Of a stretch of DNA of 64,000 nt, positions 58,411-64,000 are shown one piece after another. This DNA is from Thermoplasmata archaeon (GTDB taxonomy: Archaea > Thermoplasmatota > Thermoplasmata > Thermoplasmatales > GCA-001856825): contig JAJYUZ010000001.1 in NCBI GenBank assembly GCA_021792255.1, forward strand, positions 128,001-192,000. The letters are read 5' to 3'. The notes beneath the pieces were generated by a model. The model had not been told where the DNA came from and ran no database searches. It saw only the letters and a list, made by a program, of their open reading frames with translations. Position numbers and translations under genes: made by a program. Positions within the stretch are counted from its first letter, which is position 1. Each line of letters opens with the position of its first letter.

Positions 58411-58842
58411 TCACTTTAGCCCCTGGTTTTGGTAATGACCGGAGCGAACTTCATACGTCTTTACAGCTTCCTTGTCCATATTGAGAAATATCATCTGGAA
58501 AACGCCCTTCTCTTTTGCAATTTCTACCGTCTCTTCTCCGAGATTTTTTAAGTAGAATCTGATCTTTCCACGGAAGCCTGCATCTACAAAGCCAAAGCTG
58601 GCTACTACACCTCTCCTCGCATAACTAGATCTCAGGAACATCATGGAACCAATGAATCCGGGAAGTGAAACGGTTTCGACTGTTTCTACCTGTGCTCCCC
58701 CGTTCGGCTCAATAACGACTCTTTCAGTAATGCTGAAATCATACCCGTTGGGAGTCAGCTTACTAGGGTCAAATGGGTCTATGGACATAGTACCGTTCTG
58801 AATAAGCTCAAGAAGAGTGCCATCAGATACAATCATATTCAA
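58411..58842 (-). CDS. dCTP deaminase / dUTPase family
   Basis: PNGYD, T.ETVSLP, RSSYARRG, VDAGFRG, Q, Y...G.YQNQ. Confidence 0.88.
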   Translation of the reverse strand: MNMIVSDGTLLELIQNGTMSIDPFDPSKLTPNGYDFSITERVVIEPNGGAQVETVETVSLPGFIGSMMFLRSSYARRGVVASFGFVDAGFRGKIRFYLKNLGEETVEIAKEKGVFQMIFLNMDKEAVKTYEVRSGHYQNQGLK

Positions 58843-58873
58843 AGAAAACTTTTATGTTTAAAATATTTGTCAA

Positions 58874-59941
58874 ATGATGTTCGATAGAGAAACTGTGAAT
58901 GCTTTCTCAGGAGGTTATAAGATTTCAGAGTCTGGTATTGTAACACTGTTTGGAAGACCCACTGTTTCATCGCTGAAGCGAGTGATCGCTTTCCCCGTCT
59001 CCCTTTCTATTCATTCTCTGGTCAGGAAAAGTGAAACCGTTGTCTGGAAAGGGACAAATACCATTGAAATCCCTTACAAGATTTCCAAGCTTTCGAATGA
59101 TTGGTACGATCCGATCAAATTAATGACAAATATCGCAATCCAAAGAGGCTGGAAGTACGCTCCATTCATTCTTGCACAAGAAGCACTAGGCTATCAATTC
59201 TCTCTTGGATATTACTCAGCATTTGTTGACACACTTGTCCAGGCATTTACATCGGTAAACGAAGTTACCCTCAATACTTCGGAATTTGCACAGATCAGCA
59301 GCGAAATACAGGACAAGATTAGGGAAGAGCATTCAGCATATGAGACTGTAGCGAGGAGACAAGAAAAGGATGGTACAATCCTTTTCTACGATGTGCTTTC
59401 TAATTCATACAGAAATGAAATCGTAAATTTTGAACCTTTTTCTTTGTTTTTAATATCAGAGAACTCGCTGGCTTCTAACCGCGACTTCCAGAAATTCCAG
59501 AAGAGCGTGAAGAGGTTCAAAGAAGAGAACATGTTAAACCGTGACTCCGACTCGTTAAAGTTTCCATATGTTGGGATTAGGAACCACATGAAGAAGGAAG
59601 AAGATACTTACAACCGCATCACTGACGCATTCAACCGGAACGACGTGCAGTCATTTTTATCCGCTATTTCCAAATACTCTCAATCTCTCGGATATAATCT
59701 CGGCGTTTTGTCGGATTTCCAGAAAAATATAGCTCGTCAACTTGACGAATACGGCGTCCAGATGTACGTATTTAATATAAGTGAGTACTCTGGATCGGTA
59801 CTCGTTTTTGCTGATTCGCTAGAACTCGCGAAAATCAAGGAAAATGCGATAAGGGATTACTATAATCTGACCAATAGAACGATTAGAATTGACGAACTAC
59901 AAATACTGAGAGGTTCGTCGAAGGAGCCTGTCTTGCTTTAA
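58874..59941 (+). CDS. Hypothetical protein, degenerate galactokinase/GHMP-fold-like
   Basis: GIVTLFGRPT....VIAFPVS, W, LGYYSAF and a C-terminal G.V.VF pattern align loosely with GalK landmarks. Confidence 0.5.
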   Translation: MMFDRETVNAFSGGYKISESGIVTLFGRPTVSSLKRVIAFPVSLSIHSLVRKSETVVWKGTNTIEIPYKISKLSNDWYDPIKLMTNIAIQRGWKYAPFILAQEALGYQFSLGYYSAFVDTLVQAFTSVNEVTLNTSEFAQISSEIQDKIREEHSAYETVARRQEKDGTILFYDVLSNSYRNEIVNFEPFSLFLISENSLASNRDFQKFQKSVKRFKEENMLNRDSDSLKFPYVGIRNHMKKEEDTYNRITDAFNRNDVQSFLSAISKYSQSLGYNLGVLSDFQKNIARQLDEYGVQMYVFNISEYSGSVLVFADSLELAKIKENAIRDYYNLTNRTIRIDELQILRGSSKEPVLL

Positions 59942-60013
59942 CAACCAATCAATTTGTACGTTGAATTTACTAGCGTATTCAGCAAAATATTAGTATCGTC
60001 CTTCTAATGAGGT

Positions 60014-61345
60014 ATGATGCCTCTTTTCGGTACAAATGGAATAAGGGGAGTCCTAAATGAAAACATTACTCCAGAGCTTGGTTATAAATTTGGAATGGCC
60101 GTAGGTACTTTCTATAATGATTCCAGTGTGGCACTCGCCCATGACAACAGGACGACTTCCCATCTGCTCAAGAATGTCGCAGAGGCTGGTTTGTTAAACT
60201 CAGGTAAAAATGTGATCGACTTGGGAATGATACCCACTCCTGCTGCCCAGATCTATTGTAAGCTCAATAAGATACCGGGAATAATGATTACTGCCTCTCA
60301 TAATCCGCCCAATTTCAACGGCTTCAAGGTAATTGCGAAAGATGGCTCTAACCCGGGAAAGACTGAAGAATCAAAAATCGAAGAAGTGATGTCAAACGGA
60401 AATTTCAATAAAATTCAATGGAACTCAATAGGAAAGGTAACAACGGGTGATGCTGTCGAACCTTATTTAAGAGAAATTATAAAGAACGTCAAGGAAGAAG
60501 TCATTAGGCAAAGACATTTTAAGCTGCTAATTGACTGTGCCAATTCAACGACACTTGTGACAACTCCACTCTTGTTGCGAAGATTGGGTGCAGACTATGT
60601 GAGCGTCAATGCAAATTCTGATGGATTCTTTCCGGGAAGAGGTTCTGAGCCTACCGAGGAGAATATAAAGAATCTGATATCGTTCGCAAGGAGCACCAAA
60701 TTTGATATGACGGTAGCCCACGATGGCGATGGAGACAGGGCAGTTTTTCTTGACGAGAGGGGAGAGATGATAGACGGAGACAAGTTTGTTGCAATTGTCG
60801 CTGACCACATTTTAGAAAAAAAGAAGGGAGATTTAGTGTTCCCTGTCGCCTCTAGTTTTCTTATAGATAAAATAGCAGAAAAACACGGTGTCAAAGTCAT
60901 CAGAACCCCCGTAGGAGCTCCGGTCATATCCGAGACCTTGACCAAAATTCACGGACTGATGGGGGGAGAGGAGAATGGAAAGGTAATTCTTCCAGAATAT
61001 CTGAACGGGGGAGATGGGGGGCTGTCTTTGGCTCTAGCCTTGGATATAGTATCTTCCAGAGGGCAGGATATTTCATCGCTTATCAAGAGTGTGCCCGATT
61101 ACAGACTCAGAAGGATCAAGTTGCCACTCCGAGCCGATTTTGATGAAATAAAATCAAAAATAAAAGATCAATATTCAAAGATGAAAGCTGACGAAATCGA
61201 TGGACTTAGGCTAGTTGAAAAGGATAACTTCATTCTTATTCGGAAATCTGGAACAGAGCCTGCGATTAGACTTTATTTAAGTTCTATGAACCAAGAGTGG
61301 ATAGATTCTCGGGAGAGGGAAATCAAGAAGCTCCTGACCGTATAA
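60014..61345 (+). CDS. Phosphohexomutase (phosphoglucosamine mutase / PMM-PGM family)
   Basis: FGTNGIRG, TASHNP, HDGDGDR, GEENG, RKSGTEP. Confidence 0.93.
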   Translation: MMPLFGTNGIRGVLNENITPELGYKFGMAVGTFYNDSSVALAHDNRTTSHLLKNVAEAGLLNSGKNVIDLGMIPTPAAQIYCKLNKIPGIMITASHNPPNFNGFKVIAKDGSNPGKTEESKIEEVMSNGNFNKIQWNSIGKVTTGDAVEPYLREIIKNVKEEVIRQRHFKLLIDCANSTTLVTTPLLLRRLGADYVSVNANSDGFFPGRGSEPTEENIKNLISFARSTKFDMTVAHDGDGDRAVFLDERGEMIDGDKFVAIVADHILEKKKGDLVFPVASSFLIDKIAEKHGVKVIRTPVGAPVISETLTKIHGLMGGEENGKVILPEYLNGGDGGLSLALALDIVSSRGQDISSLIKSVPDYRLRRIKLPLRADFDEIKSKIKDQYSKMKADEIDGLRLVEKDNFILIRKSGTEPAIRLYLSSMNQEWIDSREREIKKLLTV

Positions 61346-61396
61346 TTTATAGGAACAGAAACAAAAGCCTTATATTTTTATCAAGGCTCTATATTT

Positions 61397-61762
61397 ATGC
61401 AAATTGGCATAGAAGAAGTTGTAAAGAAGGCAGGACAAAGAATAAAAACAATTTCTGAAGTCTTCTATCCTCCGATTGACATTTCTGAAGATGGAGAGGA
61501 AATACACATTTATCTTGATCTCCCGGGATTCAATAAAGAGGATGTAAGAATACTAAGCACGAAATCTGGATTGAAGGTGTCTGGGAGCAGGAAGAAGAAA
61601 CTGGCGGGAAAAGTAGTTTACGAAGAAAGAGTGGAGGAGTTTTCGAAATTCATTAGAATGAACAGCGAGTTCGAGTCAGAATCCATCAGGGCCTCGATGG
61701 ATAGTGGTGTGTTGGAAATAACGGTAAAGAGGAAAGAAGTCAAGACTGTTCCTATTAGTTAA
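61397..61762 (+). CDS. Small heat shock protein (Hsp20)
   Basis: PPIDI.E....DLPGF.KEDV, A....GVLEITV. Confidence 0.9.
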   Translation: MQIGIEEVVKKAGQRIKTISEVFYPPIDISEDGEEIHIYLDLPGFNKEDVRILSTKSGLKVSGSRKKKLAGKVVYEERVEEFSKFIRMNSEFESESIRASMDSGVLEITVKRKEVKTVPIS

Positions 61763-63285
61763 TTCCGAAATGAAAGAACGGCGAATACTGCAGCTCCCGC
61801 GAAAAGAACTAAGCCATAAAGAGTGCTAGTTATAACGATTGCTCCAGAAACGAGAAATCCTGACGCAATTATGGCACTTGAGTAATTTGAATTCTTCTTT
61901 TTTGGTTGTGGCCTGTTGAGATTCTTGATGAGGTCTGGAATAGATAGATAGTCAGTAACCAGTTTTTGTATTCTATTTGGTAGATCTAATATTCTACTCT
62001 TCAAAATTTTGTAAGGAGCCTTCTCTTCTTTCATTATTTCGCCGACGACACTGACGAAATTGAAATTTTTATCCAAGGTCTTGCAAACACCATCCAGGAT
62101 CACCGACATCCTGGCGAATAGAGCTAAGTTGTAAGGTAGTCTGAACGGAAACCTAAACAGAACAGTATTTGCTCGGTGAACCAGTTCCTCGTACTCGATC
62201 TTATCCAGCTCCTCTCCCTCGAGATCCCTAAAAATTGTGTTCAGTACCTGTTCCATGAAAACTTTATCCGCAAGAGGATCGATCAGATCTATATCAACGA
62301 GCACGCTCAAAAGGTGCCTGGCGTCAAGGGCAGAGAGGTAATAATATCCCATAAGCAACTTGTCTCTCATATTTTCGGTAAGTTCCGAGGTCATACCGTA
62401 GTCCAATAAAACTAACTTGTCGTCCTTACTCCAACCCAGATTACCTGGATGAGGATCAGCGTGAAATCGACCTTCCCTTAAAGCTAGTCTTAGGAACAAT
62501 TCCTCAATTATTTTGGCTAATTTGACCGTGTTAACGTTGTTGAGCTTGAGTTCATCAAGATCGGTAATCTTAATGAAATCCAAGTACTCCATCACCAGCA
62601 CCTTGGCCGTGGAAAGTTCCGTGTAAACCTTTGGAACTTCAACTTCCATTTCGAGTTCTAGCTCCCCTATCTTATCACCTATAATGCCGATCGACTCCGC
62701 TTCTCTCTTATAATCAAGTTCGAGATCCAGGCTAGATAGAAATTGTTCCACAAACGCAGATAAAGAAAACGTCTTTCCAGTGTAGCGCTCTAGTAGCCCA
62801 ACAAAAGCATAGATCTTGTCCCGATCTTTTCTTATCGTCTTGTGAATATTTGGTCTGTTCACTTTTACTGCTACATCTTTGCCTTTATATTTGGCTCTAT
62901 ACACAAGACCCAAACTTGCTCCAGATATTCCAGACTCATCAAATTCGTCAAATTTTTCATCGATTTTTCCAATCTCAGATTCAATGAGTTCTCTTACAGG
63001 TTCAAATGGAGGCATCGGTACGGAGTCCTGAAGATCCGTTAACACTTCGATGTATTCTTCAGGGACCACATCCCTTCTAGACGAGAGAAGTTGACCAAGC
63101 TTTATAAAGAGTGGACCCGAGCTTATCATGGCGTCTCTCAGTTTGACTGCTTCCTTAATACTCCTCGCTCTGTCAGGTGGCTTTCCAGTCTTATCTAAAG
63201 TTGTCCGGTACCTTTTTAGGAATCTTGCTCTCGGGTAGTACCTAATGGCAACTCCTAATCCCCTGATTTTTCCTGTGAGGGTCAT
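61759..63285 (-). CDS. ABC1/UbiB atypical kinase family protein
   Basis: GPLFIKLGQLLSSR, ASLG.VY.A, VAVKV.RP, ELDY..EA, FHADPHPGN, LLDYGM. Confidence 0.93.
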   Translation of the reverse strand: MTLTGKIRGLGVAIRYYPRARFLKRYRTTLDKTGKPPDRARSIKEAVKLRDAMISSGPLFIKLGQLLSSRRDVVPEEYIEVLTDLQDSVPMPPFEPVRELIESEIGKIDEKFDEFDESGISGASLGLVYRAKYKGKDVAVKVNRPNIHKTIRKDRDKIYAFVGLLERYTGKTFSLSAFVEQFLSSLDLELDYKREAESIGIIGDKIGELELEMEVEVPKVYTELSTAKVLVMEYLDFIKITDLDELKLNNVNTVKLAKIIEELFLRLALREGRFHADPHPGNLGWSKDDKLVLLDYGMTSELTENMRDKLLMGYYYLSALDARHLLSVLVDIDLIDPLADKVFMEQVLNTIFRDLEGEELDKIEYEELVHRANTVLFRFPFRLPYNLALFARMSVILDGVCKTLDKNFNFVSVVGEIMKEEKAPYKILKSRILDLPNRIQKLVTDYLSIPDLIKNLNRPQPKKKNSNYSSAIIASGFLVSGAIVITSTLYGLVLFAGAAVFAVLSFRN

Positions 63286-63485
63286 TTAGGCTTAAGAGTA
63301 TTCTTGTGTATAAGTGTATTTTATTTTATATCGTCAATTTTCGTTTTAAATTAAGACGATTTATAGACGTCTTATTTGGCTGACAGGGCTAAATGACCTC
63401 ATTGAAATTCTTTGTAGACGAATTGGAAAGAAGGGTGCGCTATGAAAAGTTATTATCCGTATGAACATATGGTTAAAAGGTTCGA

Positions 63486-64000
63486 ATGGACACCTTGACT
63501 GTAGTAGGCTGCCAGTTTGGAGATGAAGGTAAGGGAAAGGTCATAGATTATTTGTCCAAGGATTTTGATGTGAGCGTAAGATTCAACGGAGGAGAAAATG
63601 CTGGACACACAGTTGTAGTGGGTGATAAGACAATAAAATATCATTTGGTTCCTGCTGGATTTCTTGGATCGAAGACAGTTGTCATTGCTAATGGCGTAGT
63701 TATAAACATAAAGAAACTGGTCGAAGAGATAGAATTCTTAAAAACCTTCAAGAGCAGTATCAATTTGAAGATATCGGAAATGGCACACGTTGTAACGGAG
63801 CTTCATTTTAAACGCGATAGTTATTTAGAACAAGTCAGAGGTGCGGGACACATTGGAACTACCCTCAAAGGGATTGGACCCGCCTATGAATCAAAGTTTG
63901 GAAGATACGGCATAAGACTCGTTGACTTTCGAGACAGAAAGAAGCTGCTAGGAAACCTATCCTTGATCAGTAAGATATACCAGATACCATTTGATGAAAA
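63486..64000 (+). CDS. purA: Adenylosuccinate synthetase, 5' part (truncated by window end)
   Basis: MDTLTVVGCQFGDEGKGKVIDYL, RFNGG.NAGHT, HLVP.G, IGTTLKGIGPAY. Confidence 0.95.
   Translation, partial: MDTLTVVGCQFGDEGKGKVIDYLSKDFDVSVRFNGGENAGHTVVVGDKTIKYHLVPAGFLGSKTVVIANGVVINIKKLVEEIEFLKTFKSSINLKISEMAHVVTELHFKRDSYLEQVRGAGHIGTTLKGIGPAYESKFGRYGIRLVDFRDRKKLLGNLSLISKIYQIPFDE

Noticed and set aside
1-64000. CRISPR arrays, rRNA genes, recognisable anti-virus defence operons
   Set aside because: No regularly spaced repeat-spacer array, rRNA-like sequence or defence nuclease motif found by eye; nearly all long stretches are explained by protein genes

Overview
Archaeal chromosomal segment, most consistent with Thermoplasmata/Thermoplasmatales (Rpo7-Spt4-S24e-S27ae operon, PCNA, PolD large subunit, FtsZ/SepF, MCM, thermopsin-family protein, TPP riboswitch). 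About two thirds is housekeeping: translation, replication, thiamine ABC transport, GuaB, Thr/Ser synthesis and an H+-pyrophosphatase. Highlights: (1) a ~6.1 kb element integrated at the 3' end of tRNA-Gly(TCC), bounded by a 13-bp direct repeat. It carries a tyrosine integrase, an AbrB-like regulator and a P-loop replication protein whose gene contains a mirror-symmetric GGAC iteron array and whose C-terminus resembles a GINS B-domain; no virion or conjugation genes are recognisable. (2) Immediately after it, a complete classical shikimate/Phe/Tyr operon with AroA-AroC and AroE-AroK fusions, preceded by aromatic-codon-rich upstream ORFs and T-tracts suggestive of archaeal attenuation. (3) A TPP riboswitch overlapping the RBS of a thiamine ABC operon. 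(4) A LAGLIDADG intein in the MCM P-loop. (5) A serC-like/serA/DUF1015 cluster. (6) Two apparently catalytically degenerate sugar-enzyme homologues and several pseudogene/IS relics. No CRISPR array or rRNA was seen. All calls come from motif recognition by eye; no database searches were run.
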